Positions 41,177 to 51,625 of a stretch of 64,000 nt of DNA are shown here, piece after piece. The notes below the pieces were generated by a model. It had not been told where the DNA came from. It saw only the letters and a program-made list of their open reading frames with translations, and searched no databases. Numbering within the stretch: position 1 is the stretch's first letter; every line of letters begins with the position of its first letter. Made by a program: the position numbers and the translations under genes. The DNA is taken from the NCBI GenBank assembly GCA_965237955.1, contig OZ250169.1:6784001-6848000 (forward strand). Direction: 5' to 3'. This stretch comes from Candidatus Marinacidobacterales bacterium. GTDB taxonomy: Bacteria > Acidobacteriota > Vicinamibacteria > Marinacidobacterales > SMYC01.

Positions 41177-41869
41177 CTAATCTGCGAACAGCTGCTGCGG
41201 TGCGACTTCTTCTTGCCGGTAGTCGCCGCGAACCAAGAGCACCTGCGGGATGCAATCCTCGAGGGCTTTGGTGTTGTCGAAGAAGTTGCTTCTGATCTTG
41301 AGGGCCTGGCGAGCCACTTGTTCCATGGACTCGTACCAGCGCAGTCCCTCGAGAGTACCGATGCGATCCAGGATGTCGAGGATGCAGCGGTTCCGCGGGT
41401 CGTTTTGACCTTTTTCTTTCTCGAGGTGTTTGCCGAGATTGTCGATGTCGGCAACGCTCAAGTGATAGATCTTGTAGCCGTCTCGTGGCGAGCTGTAGGT
41501 GTTCTGCAGCACGCCGAGCACGATGGCGAGCGTCTTGGGATAGATACCACCGGCGCGCCAACGCGTGAGCAGTTGAAAGCACTTCGAGCTCAAGTACTCG
41601 TTCGGTGGAATCGTCGACAGCAGGAGGAAAGGATCGGTCTCACCGATGAGCGCATCGAGCACCCAGTGGTTCTCGATTTCTAGCATTTTCAGGAACAACG
41701 GATAGTTATCCGCGTCCAGACCCGACATCCTGAGAAATCGGGAGAAGGCGATGGAGGCTTGGGCTCCTTCCGGTGTCCGGGCCGACATCACTTGCTGGAG
41801 GATCTTGTTCTCTACGTCGAGAACAGATTCTCGCGTCCAAAGTTTGGCTACTTGTTCCGCTTTCGGCAT
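41177..41869 (-). CDS. hypothetical protein, paralogue of 40336..41157
   Basis: Same conserved blocks; SD AAGGA. Confidence 0.85.
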   Translation of the reverse strand: MPKAEQVAKLWTRESVLDVENKILQQVMSARTPEGAQASIAFSRFLRMSGLDADNYPLFLKMLEIENHWVLDALIGETDPFLLLSTIPPNEYLSSKCFQLLTRWRAGGIYPKTLAIVLGVLQNTYSSPRDGYKIYHLSVADIDNLGKHLEKEKGQNDPRNRCILDILDRIGTLEGLRWYESMEQVARQALKIRSNFFDNTKALEDCIPQVLLVRGDYRQEEVAPQQLFAD

Positions 41870-41896
41870 GTCCAGTTCATCCTTGGTTGGCCTAGT

Positions 41897-43588
41897 TAGT
41901 ACCCGTCCTGAAGCCTGTAAGGGATTGAGAAAAAAGGAGAAATCGCAAATTTAGGGCTAGTCTTCTGAGGGGGTGTCGATTAGGACCGTGTCGTTGAAAA
42001 CATCCGATTCTAAATGACTTAACTCCAAAGGAGACCAGCCCTAAATGCGAAAAACGATCAACCCACAGCCAAATCTACGTGAGCCCTGGCTGGAGCTGGA
42101 GCACGCACGCGAACTCGAAACGATCTCGTCGCTGCTCGATGCCCATCCTAAGCTCAATGAGCTGGTACTGCAAGACCTGAAGTCGGTCACCCCATCGGCA
42201 GGGAGCGATGTTGGTCGTGGGGGAATGAGCGCGGAGCAGGTTCTCCGGGCGTTGTTGGTCAAGCAGCTGAATCAGTTCAGCTATCGGGAGCTGGCGTTTC
42301 ACTTGGCAGACTCTCGAAGCTATCGGACGTTTTGCCAGCTCGGCATCATAGAGCCGACCCCGTCGAAGTCGACCCTAGCAGCAAACATCAAAGCCGTGAA
42401 GTTCGAAACGCTGGAGCAGATCAACCGAGAGCTGGTGAGCGTTGCCGAGGATGCTGGGATCGAAAAGGGAAGAAAAGTACGAGTGGACTGCACGGTAGTG
42501 GAATCAAACATTCATCCGCCTACAGACTCCGAGCTTCTTTATGACTGTGTTCGGGTTCTCACTCGCCTGATGTGCGGAGCTCGCGAACTGCTGGGTACAG
42601 TAGTGGTCTTCGGCAATCGAACGCGTCGAGCGAAGAGACGTCGACTGGGAGTTCTGAACGCGAAGGATAAGCAACAAAGGCGTCGCGTCTATCGAGATCT
42701 ACTGAAGGTGACGGAAGAAACCTATCGCTCCGCTCAACGCGTTGCAGAACAGTTGGAAGAGTCGGGCTTGACCGAGCCTGTGAAGCGAGCGAGTACGGAG
42801 AGGATCGCCGCGGATTTTGAGCACTTTCTCGTCCTCACCAAGAAAGTCATCAACCAAACCCAACGCCGAGTGATCGACGAAGAGCGTGTGCCTGCAGAGG
42901 AAAAGGTCGTTTCTGTCTTCGAAGAACACACCGACATTATTCGCAAAGACCGGCGCGAGACCCTCTACGGTCACAAGGTGTGTCTGACTGGTGGTTCGTC
43001 CTCGATGATTTTGGATTGCGTGATCTTGGATGGGAATCCGGCCGATTCAACTCTCGCGGAAACCATGATCGACCGTCTAGTCGAACTCTACGAGCGGGCC
43101 CCGCGCCAGGTCGCCTACGATGGCGCGTTTTCTTCAAAGGCAAACTTGGAAGCCATCAAAGGCAAGGGAGTTGAAGATGTTGCCTTTACCAAGGCTCAAG
43201 GTTTCGCCGTGACCGATATGGTCAAGAGTTCCTGGGTCTATCAACGCCTGCGGCGATTTCGCTGCGGGATCGAAGGCGTCATTTCGTTCTTGAAACGAGT
43301 CTTTGGTCTCGACCGATGCACATGGCGCTCATTGCCTTCTTTTAAATCGTACGTATGGGGTTCCATCATCACCTGCAATCTACTGGTGATGGCGAGACAT
43401 CTATTAAGATAATAACTATTACTCTTCCGCTCCCATAGCCTTGGATTCCTGACGATTCGCCTCTCGTTTCGTCCAAGATTTTCATTCGCTCTCAACCCTA
43501 CGAAGTTCCCTACCGAAACCGTATAATACCCACATCTTCGGTAGGCCTGTCGCACACCACAAGTTATGGTGTTTCTGGACAGGAACTA
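41897..43588 (+). mobile_element. ISNCY/ISDol1-like (IS5-related) insertion sequence
   Basis: IRs TAGTACCCGTCCTGAA / TAGTTCCTGTCCAGAA; CTAGTTAGT at both junctions (41892-41900, 43586-43594); exact ends +/- few nt. Confidence 0.85.
42045..43412 (+). CDS. DDE transposase (ISDol1/IS5-like)
   Basis: VRVDCTVVESNIHPPTDS, YGHKV, GNPADS, AYDGAF, FRCGIEGVISFLKR. Confidence 0.92.
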   Translation: MRKTINPQPNLREPWLELEHARELETISSLLDAHPKLNELVLQDLKSVTPSAGSDVGRGGMSAEQVLRALLVKQLNQFSYRELAFHLADSRSYRTFCQLGIIEPTPSKSTLAANIKAVKFETLEQINRELVSVAEDAGIEKGRKVRVDCTVVESNIHPPTDSELLYDCVRVLTRLMCGARELLGTVVVFGNRTRRAKRRRLGVLNAKDKQQRRRVYRDLLKVTEETYRSAQRVAEQLEESGLTEPVKRASTERIAADFEHFLVLTKKVINQTQRRVIDEERVPAEEKVVSVFEEHTDIIRKDRRETLYGHKVCLTGGSSSMILDCVILDGNPADSTLAETMIDRLVELYERAPRQVAYDGAFSSKANLEAIKGKGVEDVAFTKAQGFAVTDMVKSSWVYQRLRRFRCGIEGVISFLKRVFGLDRCTWRSLPSFKSYVWGSIITCNLLVMARHLLR

Positions 43589-43710
43589 GTTAGTGGCTGC
43601 GACTTTGACGCCGGAATCCGATCCGAGACAGCGCCGGCAAGAAACAGGGCCACCACGAAAGGAAACTGGCGCAACCCCTAAAATTGTGTTGATGTTTAGT
43701 GAGTGTAATC

Positions 43711-43739
43711 ATCGTACGGACAATTTTCAAAATTGTCAA
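43711..43739 (-). promoter_or_regulatory. near-consensus sigma70 promoter overlapped by an operator-like palindrome
   Basis: TTGACA-17 nt-TACGAT; GACAATTTT-C-AAAATTGTC at 43719-43737. Confidence 0.75.
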
Positions 43740-43910
43740 GAGTCTAGATATTGGAAAAACCGCGGCGGCGATGCGGACGAATGACCGCCGCGGCGGCCGC
43801 CATCAGCCGTCAGCCATCGGCCCGATTCCCGGCATGGTTTTACGAGACGACGTTGTCGCGGGGAGAGCGGTGTCGTTCGTTGGCGGCGATCTCGAAGAGT
43901 GGAGCGACGG

Positions 43911-44714
43911 TTATGCTTCGCGCGCCGCGGTTGCGCCAGCCTCGCTCTCAGACTCGTCCGGATCGGTTTCGACCTCGGCCAAAACTACGCGATCCTTCCC
44001 GCTCTGCTTTGCCTGATAGAGCGCCTGATCCGCCGCCGTGTACAGCCGGTCGGGCTGTAGCTCCCGGACGCACCTCGTGTCCGCAATGCCAATCGAAAGC
44101 GTCAGCGGCGGTAGCTGGGTCGAAACCCAACTGGCTTCCACGATCAACGTCTTGCGAATACGCTCGGCAAGCGTGAGCGCTTCGCTTTCGGTGATGTTGG
44201 GCGCGAGCACGATGAACTCGTCACCACCGATGCGCGCGGCGAGGTCGGTGCTGCGACAAGTGTGTCGCAACGTGCGGGCGACGGCGCGCAGAGCGTTGTC
44301 CCCCGATTCGTGCCCACCGGCGTCGTTCACGCGCTTCAGACCATCGAGGTCGAGCAGCATCAACGCCAGTGGCTGATTGTAGCGGTCGACGCGCGCGAGC
44401 TCTTCTCGGAGCCGCTGATCGAAGTGGCGGCGATTCGCGAGGCCCGTCAACGGGTCGGTCAGCGACGCCCGCTGTAGCAGATCCTCGTTGGAGCCGATGA
44501 TGATGCCGAGTCCGATGAACACGATCGCCGTGGACGCCGCGATGTAGCCATAGGTCAACGCACGCGCCGACAGCTCGCTCGCCATCCACTCCCAATTGCC
44601 GAACTCCGCGTGCGCGAGCGAGCGCATCAACAAGAGCCCGCCAGGCGCACCTATCGCAAGAAAGAACCCCAACACGGGATACAGCCGACGCCTAGGGATG
44701 CTCGCAAATGACAT
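43911..44714 (-). CDS. membrane-bound diguanylate cyclase
   Basis: Two TMs, TDPLTGLANRR, DLDGLKRVND..GH..GD, RSTD I-site, GGDEF. Confidence 0.93.
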   Translation of the reverse strand: MSFASIPRRRLYPVLGFFLAIGAPGGLLLMRSLAHAEFGNWEWMASELSARALTYGYIAASTAIVFIGLGIIIGSNEDLLQRASLTDPLTGLANRRHFDQRLREELARVDRYNQPLALMLLDLDGLKRVNDAGGHESGDNALRAVARTLRHTCRSTDLAARIGGDEFIVLAPNITESEALTLAERIRKTLIVEASWVSTQLPPLTLSIGIADTRCVRELQPDRLYTAADQALYQAKQSGKDRVVLAEVETDPDESESEAGATAAREA

Positions 44715-44814
44715 TCCCAACCAACGCGGCAAGTCTTATGCGGTTTTCGACGAAAAGCAAACGGCCCACCGTTGTAGTAGAATTTTGGGTTTCGACCCTA
44801 CAGGGTGTTTGTTG

Positions 44815-47193
44815 ATGATTATTCTGAAATTCGGGGGCACATCGCTCGAAAGCCCGCAGCGGATCGCGACCGTGGTCGATATCGTTCGCGGCAAGCACGA
44901 AGCCGGCGAAATCGCGGTCGTGGTGTCGGCGATGGCGGGCGTCACCGATGCGCTGGGCGAGGCTTGTCGGCTCGCGGCCCGCGGACTCTACGTCTACCGG
45001 GAGACGATGGAAGGCCTCGCCGAGCGACACCGAGAGGCCATCGCGAAGCTCGCCAAACAGAGCGAGCGCTCCGCCCTGGAAGAGCGGGTCGAACGGCGTC
45101 TCGAGGAGCTCTCCGACCTCCTCCACGGTGTGTCGCTCGTTCGCGAGTGCTCGCCCCGAATTCTCGACCAGGTCTCGAGCTACGGCGAGCGGCTTTCCGC
45201 TGACCTGATGGCCGCCGCCCTTCGCAAGGCCGGAACCGACACCGAGTACGCCGACGCCCGAAACTTCATCGTCACCGACAAGACTTTCGGCTCCGCGCGG
45301 GTCGACACCGAGGCTACCGAGCCCAAGATCCGGGACTACTTCGGAACACACAAATCTCTTCAGGTCGTTACTGGCTTTCTCGGCGCGACCGAGGACGGCG
45401 AGACGACCACGCTGGGGCGCGGAGGCTCCGACTACACGGCGGCGCTTCTTGGCTCCGCACTCGAGGCCGAGCGCATCGAGATCTGGACCGACGTCAACGG
45501 AGTGATGAGCGCCGATCCGAGGCTCGTCAAGTCCGCGTTTTCGCTCCCCGAGCTGAGCTACCAAGAGCTCATGGAGCTTTCCCATTTCGGCGCCAAAGTC
45601 GTCTACCCGCCGACGATCCATCCGGCGCGCGCCAGCCAAATCCCCATCATCATCAAGAACACGTTCGAGCCGAGCTTCGTTGGCACCCGCATCGCGGAAG
45701 AAGCAGCGCCGAGCGAGCGTCCGGTGCGCGGCATCTCCTCGATGAACAACATCGCCTTATTGCGCCTCGAGGGCGATGGCATGTTGGGCGTGCCGGGAAC
45801 GGCGCGCCGCTTGTTCGAAGCGCTCGCGCGCGGACAGATCAACATCATCCTTATTACCCAAGCTTCGAGCGAGCACTCGATCTGCTTCGCGGTCGCGCCC
45901 GAAGACGTCGGAGAAGCGCGACAACGTGTCTCGGAAGAGTTCACCCTCGAGCGCAGCGCCGGTCTCATCGACGAGCTCGTGGTCGAGCGCGAGCTTTCAA
46001 TCGTCGCCGCCGTCGGCGAAGAGATGTGCGAGCGACCCGGGATCGCCGGACGGCTCTTCAGCGTTCTCGGCTCGGCCAGGATCAACGTGCGTGCGATCGC
46101 CCAGGGCTCTTCCGAGCTCAACATCTCGCTCGTCGTTGCCCGCGCCGATGAAAAAGCCGCGCTCAACGCGATCCATAACGCCCTTCTCGGTGAATCGTTG
46201 CGCTCAGCACACGTCGTCGTAGCTGGTCTCGGGGGTGTGGGCAGCGAGCTGTTGTTGCAACTCGCGAGCCAGGCGGACGCGCTCCGGGCTTCGCATGGGC
46301 TCGAGTTGCGTCTCGCTGGCGTCGCCACGAGCCGCGCGATGAAGTTCGACCGGCTGGGCCTCGATCCGACGCGCGGTCGAAACCTCGTCGCCGACGGACG
46401 GACGGCCGACCTCGACGCGCTGGCAACGTTCATCGAGTCACTACCGAGTCCGCGCGTGTTCGTGGACGCGACCGCGAGCGAGAACGTCCCGAAAATCTAC
46501 CAGCGTCTTCTAGCGCATGACGTCGCCGTCGTCACCGCCAACAAGATTCCTCTGGCGGGACCGATGGCCGAGTTCCAGAAGCTGGTGCAAAACGGACGGC
46601 TCTATTACGAGACCACCGCCGGCGCAGGTCTCCCCGTCTTGCGCACGGTAAAAAACCTGGTCGCTACCGGCGACACGATCGAGAGCATCGAAGGCGTCTT
46701 CTCCGGAACGCTGAGCTACCTCTTCTACCAGCTGCGAGAAGGAGTGAGCTTCGAAGCCGCTCTCGAGGATGCTCGCGAGAAAGGCTACACCGAGCCCGAT
46801 CCGAGCGAAGATCTGAGCGGCGCTGACGTTGCGCGCAAGCTCCTCATCCTCGCGCGGACGGCGGGCCACTCCATCGAGCCCGACGACGTCGCCGTCGAGT
46901 CTCTGGTCGGGCTCACCGAGACCATCCAGAAGCGGCAGGAACAAGCGAGTGCCGACGGCCAGACGCTCTGCTACCTTGCTCGCTTCGACGGCAAGACCGC
47001 CCGGGTCGGGCTCGAAGCCGTGCCGGCGGGACACCCCGCGGCCACCGTCGAGGGCAACGACAATCTTTTCGCCATCACGACGTCGCGGTACCAGAGCTCG
47101 CCTCTCATCATGCGCGGCAGTGGCGCCGGCCCCGCCGTCACGGCCGCGGGCGTTTTTGTCGATATACTGCAAGCATGCGTGGAAACGCGATGA
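44815..47193 (+). CDS. thrA: bifunctional aspartate kinase / homoserine dehydrogenase
   Basis: LKFGGTS, TTLGRGGSDY, two ACT domains, GLGGVG, TANK, YETTAGAGLP, GAGPAVTA. Confidence 0.96.
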   Translation: MIILKFGGTSLESPQRIATVVDIVRGKHEAGEIAVVVSAMAGVTDALGEACRLAARGLYVYRETMEGLAERHREAIAKLAKQSERSALEERVERRLEELSDLLHGVSLVRECSPRILDQVSSYGERLSADLMAAALRKAGTDTEYADARNFIVTDKTFGSARVDTEATEPKIRDYFGTHKSLQVVTGFLGATEDGETTTLGRGGSDYTAALLGSALEAERIEIWTDVNGVMSADPRLVKSAFSLPELSYQELMELSHFGAKVVYPPTIHPARASQIPIIIKNTFEPSFVGTRIAEEAAPSERPVRGISSMNNIALLRLEGDGMLGVPGTARRLFEALARGQINIILITQASSEHSICFAVAPEDVGEARQRVSEEFTLERSAGLIDELVVERELSIVAAVGEEMCERPGIAGRLFSVLGSARINVRAIAQGSSELNISLVVARADEKAALNAIHNALLGESLRSAHVVVAGLGGVGSELLLQLASQADALRASHGLELRLAGVATSRAMKFDRLGLDPTRGRNLVADGRTADLDALATFIESLPSPRVFVDATASENVPKIYQRLLAHDVAVVTANKIPLAGPMAEFQKLVQNGRLYYETTAGAGLPVLRTVKNLVATGDTIESIEGVFSGTLSYLFYQLREGVSFEAALEDAREKGYTEPDPSEDLSGADVARKLLILARTAGHSIEPDDVAVESLVGLTETIQKRQEQASADGQTLCYLARFDGKTARVGLEAVPAGHPAATVEGNDNLFAITTSRYQSSPLIMRGSGAGPAVTAAGVFVDILQACVETR

Positions 47194-48218
47194 CAAAGAC
47201 ACCCGTAGCCGTCCTCGGTGCCACCGGAACGGTCGGACAACGTTTTCTGACGCTTCTCGAAGACCACCCGTGGTTCGAGCTCACGGCTCTGACCGCGTCC
47301 GAACGCTCACAAGGAAAGCTCTACCGAGACGCGGCGCGCTGGGTTCAGGCAACTCCCCTGCCCGAGCGGTTCGCCACCATGGAGATCCTACCGACGGCGC
47401 CGCCTCTCGATTGCCCGCTCGTTTTCTCCGCTCTCGACGCGAGTGTCGCCGGCGAGGCCGAGACCGCATTCGCCCAAGCCGGACATCTCGTCGTCTCGAA
47501 CGCGAAATCGCACCGTTTGGACCCGGACGTCCCACTCGTGATTCCGGAAGTCAACGCCGCACACCTCGATCTCGCGCGGAGCTCGCCCCATGCTCCCGGC
47601 GCCATCGTCGTAAACCCCAACTGCTCCACCATCGGCCTCGTCCTTGCGCTCAAACCGCTCGCGGACCAGTTCGGTATCAAGAAGGTGTCGGTGGTGACGA
47701 TGCAAGCCATCTCGGGAGCGGGGCTTCCTGGTGTCGCCAGCTACGAGATCGCGGACAACGTCGTGCCCTACATCCCGGGTGAAGAAGACAAGATGCAGGC
47801 CGAGACGCGAAAAATTCTAGGAGACGACGACTTGATCCTGAGTGCTCAATGCAACCGGGTGCCGGTAGTGGACGGCCACTTGCAGTGTGTTTCGGTCGAG
47901 CTCGACCGGAAAGCCGACGAGACGGCGGTTCGGGACGCTTGGGAGCGCTTCGAAGCCGAGCCGCAGAAACTGGAATTGCCGAGCGCGCCGAAACGGCCCA
48001 TACATTATTTAGAGGGAAGCGCCGCACCACAGCCACGCTTGCATCGTGATCTCGAAAAAGGCATGGCGGCCAGCGTCGGACGACTGCGACCTTGCCCGCT
48101 GTTCGACTACAAGTTCGTCACGTTGTCGCACAACACGCTGAGGGGCGCCGCGGGCGGTGCGCTTCTTCTCGCCGAGCTCGCCGTGGCTCGAGGCCTTCTC
48201 GAGACCGCTCATACATGA
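47190..48218 (+). CDS. asd: aspartate-semialdehyde dehydrogenase
   Basis: LGATGTVGQ, NPNCST, QAISGAG, HNTLRGAAG. Confidence 0.96.
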   Translation: MTKTPVAVLGATGTVGQRFLTLLEDHPWFELTALTASERSQGKLYRDAARWVQATPLPERFATMEILPTAPPLDCPLVFSALDASVAGEAETAFAQAGHLVVSNAKSHRLDPDVPLVIPEVNAAHLDLARSSPHAPGAIVVNPNCSTIGLVLALKPLADQFGIKKVSVVTMQAISGAGLPGVASYEIADNVVPYIPGEEDKMQAETRKILGDDDLILSAQCNRVPVVDGHLQCVSVELDRKADETAVRDAWERFEAEPQKLELPSAPKRPIHYLEGSAAPQPRLHRDLEKGMAASVGRLRPCPLFDYKFVTLSHNTLRGAAGGALLLAELAVARGLLETAHT

Positions 48219-49156
48219 GCGCGAAGGCATTCGCTCCGGCCACCGTGGCCAATGTCGCGTGCGGCTTCGACGTGTTGGGGCTAGCCCTCGAAAAACCCGG
48301 CGACACCGTCACCGCCGAGCGCGCCGACGAGCCCGGAGTTTCTCTTACGTCCATTGATGGTGAGGACAGGCGGCTGTCTCTCGATCCCGAGACGAACACG
48401 GCAACGGTAGCCGCCAGCCATCTTCTCGACCAGAAGGACGTCGACCCGTCCGTCGGCGTTCGCATCGCGCTCACGAAGGGACTGCCGCTGGCGAGCGGCA
48501 TGGGGAGTAGCGCCGCTTCCGCCGTCGCCGCGGTCGTCGCCGTCGACCATCTGCTGGAGCTCGGAGCGAGCCGCGCCGAGCTTGTCGAGAGCGCGCTCGA
48601 GGGCGAGCGCGTGGCCGCCGGGGCAGGTCATGCGGACAACGCAGCAGCGTGTCTCTACGGAGGCTTCGTTCTCGTACGATCGCCCAACGAACTGGACGAA
48701 CTGGATGTTATTCAGTTGCCGGTGCCCGAAGGTCTTTCGGTCGCTGTCGTGCGGCCGCACCGCGAAGTCTCCACGAAAGATTCACGTGTTCTCTTGGGCG
48801 ACGTCGTAAAGCTGAAGAGTGCTGTCGCGCAGTGGGCAAATCTAGGCGCTCTCGTTGCCGGCCTCTACACCGAAGATTGGGAGCTCATCGCGCGGGCCCT
48901 TGTCGACCACGTGGCCGAGCCGGTGCGATCGAAGAACATCCCCGCGTTTGATGACGTCAAGCGCACCGCTCTCGACGAAGGAGCTCTTGGATGTAGCCTC
49001 TCCGGTTCGGGGCCTTCCATGTTCGCGCTTTGCCGCGACCTCGACACGGCGCATCGGGTCGCGCGCCGGATGCGGTCGACGTTCCAGGACCGGGCGAGCC
49101 TCGAAGCGGATGAGCACGTGTCGCCGGTAAGTGGGCAAGGAGCCCACATCATCTGA
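48215..49156 (+). CDS. thrB: homoserine kinase
   Basis: PATVANVACGFD, PLASGMGSSAAS, HADN, LSGSGPS. Confidence 0.96.
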   Translation: MSAKAFAPATVANVACGFDVLGLALEKPGDTVTAERADEPGVSLTSIDGEDRRLSLDPETNTATVAASHLLDQKDVDPSVGVRIALTKGLPLASGMGSSAASAVAAVVAVDHLLELGASRAELVESALEGERVAAGAGHADNAAACLYGGFVLVRSPNELDELDVIQLPVPEGLSVAVVRPHREVSTKDSRVLLGDVVKLKSAVAQWANLGALVAGLYTEDWELIARALVDHVAEPVRSKNIPAFDDVKRTALDEGALGCSLSGSGPSMFALCRDLDTAHRVARRMRSTFQDRASLEADEHVSPVSGQGAHII

Positions 49157-50415
49157 TGCGCTTCGTGAGCACTGCCGGGAAGGCGCCTCCGGCATCGCTC
49201 CAAGAAGCCCTTTTTGCCGGTCCGGCTCCCGACGGCGGGCTCTATGTTCCCGAAGCGCTTCCCGCGATCACGCCGCCCGAGGGCGGTAGCCTCAGCGACA
49301 CCGCTTTCGCCATCGCCCGAAGCTTGCTCGCAGGCGATATCGCCGACGAAGTGCTCGAGCCCATCGTACGCGAGAGCCTCGACTTCGACATTCCTCTCGT
49401 TGCGCTCGACGACGGCATCCATAGCCTCGAGCTCTTCCACGGACCCACGCACGCGTTCAAAGACGTCGGCGCGCGTTTCATGGCGCGCCTCATACTGCAG
49501 TTTCTCGACTCAGAGGCCACGGTCCTGGTGGCGACGTCCGGCGATACCGGAAGCGCGGTGGCGCATGCTTTTTTGGGGCTCGACGGCATCCGCGTCGTGG
49601 TGCTCTTTCCGCGCGGCAAGGTTAGTACGCTTCAGCAACGATTGTTCTCGACGCTCGGGGAGAACGTGTCCTCGATCTCGATCGAGGGCACCTTCGATGA
49701 TTGTCAGAGACTCGTGAAGCAGGCATTCGCCGATCGTGATTTGCAACGACTCGTCTCGGCCAACTCGATCAACGTCGGACGCCTGCTGCCACAAACATTT
49801 TACTATTTCCACCTGTTCGCGCAACTCGATGCGTCAGCGGGCGAGAGTCTCGACGTGTGCACGCCGAGCGGAAATTTCGGAAATCTTACGGCCGGACTCA
49901 TGGCGAAACGGATGGGGCTTCCCATCTCGCAGTTCATCGCCGCCACTAACGTCAACGACATCGTGCCCGAATACCTGAAGACGGGCGCGTTCGAGCCCCG
50001 GCCGTCCACCGAGACGCTCTCGAACGCGATGGACGTCGGCAACCCGAGCAACTTCGCGCGTATGCTCTGGCTCTATGACGGCAACGTCGACGCGATGCGA
50101 CGCGATGTCGTCGGGCGCCCCTACACCGACGAGCAAACCCGCGAAACCATCCGATCCGTCCACGCGCGCCTCGGCTATGTTCTCGATCCTCACTCGGCGA
50201 TTGGTTACATGGGTGCACGGGAGTCCAAAGCGGCGACACGCGTGTTTCTCGCCACCGCGCATCCGGCCAAATTTCGAGAAACCGTCGAGCCGGTGATAAA
50301 GAATACGGTGCCGCTACCGCCCACGATTCGAGACAGCGCCACCCGCCCCGAGTACGTGAGCGAAATGGCGGCGGACTACGAAGCTTTGAAAACATTTCTC
50401 AAGTCGGCCAAGTAG
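49156..50415 (+). CDS. thrC: threonine synthase
   Basis: ELFHGPTHAFKD, ATSGDTG, SANSIN, PSGNFGN, TAHPAKF. Confidence 0.96.
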   Translation: MRFVSTAGKAPPASLQEALFAGPAPDGGLYVPEALPAITPPEGGSLSDTAFAIARSLLAGDIADEVLEPIVRESLDFDIPLVALDDGIHSLELFHGPTHAFKDVGARFMARLILQFLDSEATVLVATSGDTGSAVAHAFLGLDGIRVVVLFPRGKVSTLQQRLFSTLGENVSSISIEGTFDDCQRLVKQAFADRDLQRLVSANSINVGRLLPQTFYYFHLFAQLDASAGESLDVCTPSGNFGNLTAGLMAKRMGLPISQFIAATNVNDIVPEYLKTGAFEPRPSTETLSNAMDVGNPSNFARMLWLYDGNVDAMRRDVVGRPYTDEQTRETIRSVHARLGYVLDPHSAIGYMGARESKAATRVFLATAHPAKFRETVEPVIKNTVPLPPTIRDSATRPEYVSEMAADYEALKTFLKSAK

Positions 50416-50424
50416 AGTTGATCA

Positions 50425-50619
50425 GGAGTCAACGTTGCGGTTTTCTCGCCTCGAGCGTTCGCGCGGCGCGAGCCTGAGCACTTGGAGACCTGGCTTTGCG
50501 TAGCCACGAAAGAGCGGGTCGAGTTCTCGCGAAAGGACTACCTCCGGGAGAGGGAGTCGATGCTATTCGAGCGGTCCGCGTTCGAAGTCAAGGGCCGGCT
50601 GCCCGTACCGCCGGTTTGA
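50425..50619 (+). pseudogene. displaced C-terminal part of the RES toxin
   Basis: GVNVAVFSPRAFARREPEHLETWLCVATKERVEFSRKDY...GRLPVPPV*; no start codon. Confidence 0.8.
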
Positions 50620-50888
50620 ATTTCTAGCAAAGCACGACGCCGTTAATGCTTCTCCTGGATACGGTACAGCTTGCTCGCGGTGCGGATGAAAAGACTATCG
50701 TGGGCGACAGCAGCGTTTGCCTGCGTGTGCTCGTCGAGGCTGTTTCAACGCCAAAACACGAAGGATTCTACGGCCGTTGCAACGGGTTTCGCAACGACTC
50801 GAGCGTTCGGGCGGGAAGTTGTGCATGTATGTCACAATACAGTCTATAATGAGGATATGACTAGCTATATTTATGTGGAGGCGGATGC

Positions 50889-51119
50889 TTGAAGACCGTA
50901 CAGATGACCCTCGATGATGACCTCGTCAGTCAGGTCGACAAAATCGTGGAGCGCCTCGGGACGACCCGATCCGCGTTTACCCGGGAAGCTTTGCGGCGTG
51001 CGCTCGAGGAAATCCGAATAGAAGCACTGGAGGAGCAGCATCGACGGGGCTACGAACAGCACCCAGTCAGTCCAGGCGAGTTCGACGATTGGGAGACGGA
51101 ACAGGTATGGCCCGAATGA
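50889..51119 (+). CDS. RHH/CopG antitoxin
   Basis: MKTVQMTLDDDLVSQVD..TRSAFTREALR; overlaps the toxin start (ATGA). Confidence 0.88.
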   Translation: MKTVQMTLDDDLVSQVDKIVERLGTTRSAFTREALRRALEEIRIEALEEQHRRGYEQHPVSPGEFDDWETEQVWPE

Positions 51120-51427
51120 GACGCGGCGAGGTGCGCTGGTACAAGTTCCAGCGACCAGACAAAAATCGCCCGGTCGTCATCCTGACACGCTCATCTGCCC
51201 TCGAATTTCTAAGGGAGGTTACCGTGGCGCCCATCACCTCGAGGGTCCGAGACATCCCATCCGAGGTAGTGCTCTTGTCGGAGGATGGCATGGATCGCGA
51301 CTGCGCAATTAATCTGGATCACGTTCAGACGGTCTCGAGAGGGAAGATCGGCGCGTTGATCACGACTCTTTCGAACGGGCGCATGCAACAGGTGCGAGAC
51401 GCCATTCACTTCTCGCTGGATCTGTGA
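51116..51427 (+). CDS. mazF: PemK/MazF family toxin
   Basis: MRRGEVRW..PDKNRPVVILTR..VTVAPITS..INLDHVQTV. Confidence 0.9.
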   Translation: MRRGEVRWYKFQRPDKNRPVVILTRSSALEFLREVTVAPITSRVRDIPSEVVLLSEDGMDRDCAINLDHVQTVSRGKIGALITTLSNGRMQQVRDAIHFSLDL

Positions 51428-51456
51428 GGCGCAACTGTCGAACCGGCTCTCTGACG

Positions 51457-51570
51457 TTAGTCCGGCAACCCGAGGAGTCCACGCACGGATATGTCCTCGT
51501 CGAGCTTCGGCCAGTGAATGCCGTATCCCTTGCCGATGAATCGCCACGTACGGCAGTCCTCATCGGTGGC
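51457..51570 (-). pseudogene. C-terminal remnant of a DUF2442-like protein
   Basis: WRFIGKGYGIHWPKLDEDISVRGLL. Confidence 0.7.
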
Positions 51571-51625
51571 GAGCTTCGCTCGCCGACCTCTCCCCCTACG
51601 GGGGAGAGGTTCATTCTGGGAGGTC

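Noticed and set aside
44715-44814. Thr/Ile leader-peptide attenuator before thrA
   Set aside because: No Thr-rich sORF or terminator visible in the 100-bp divergent spacer
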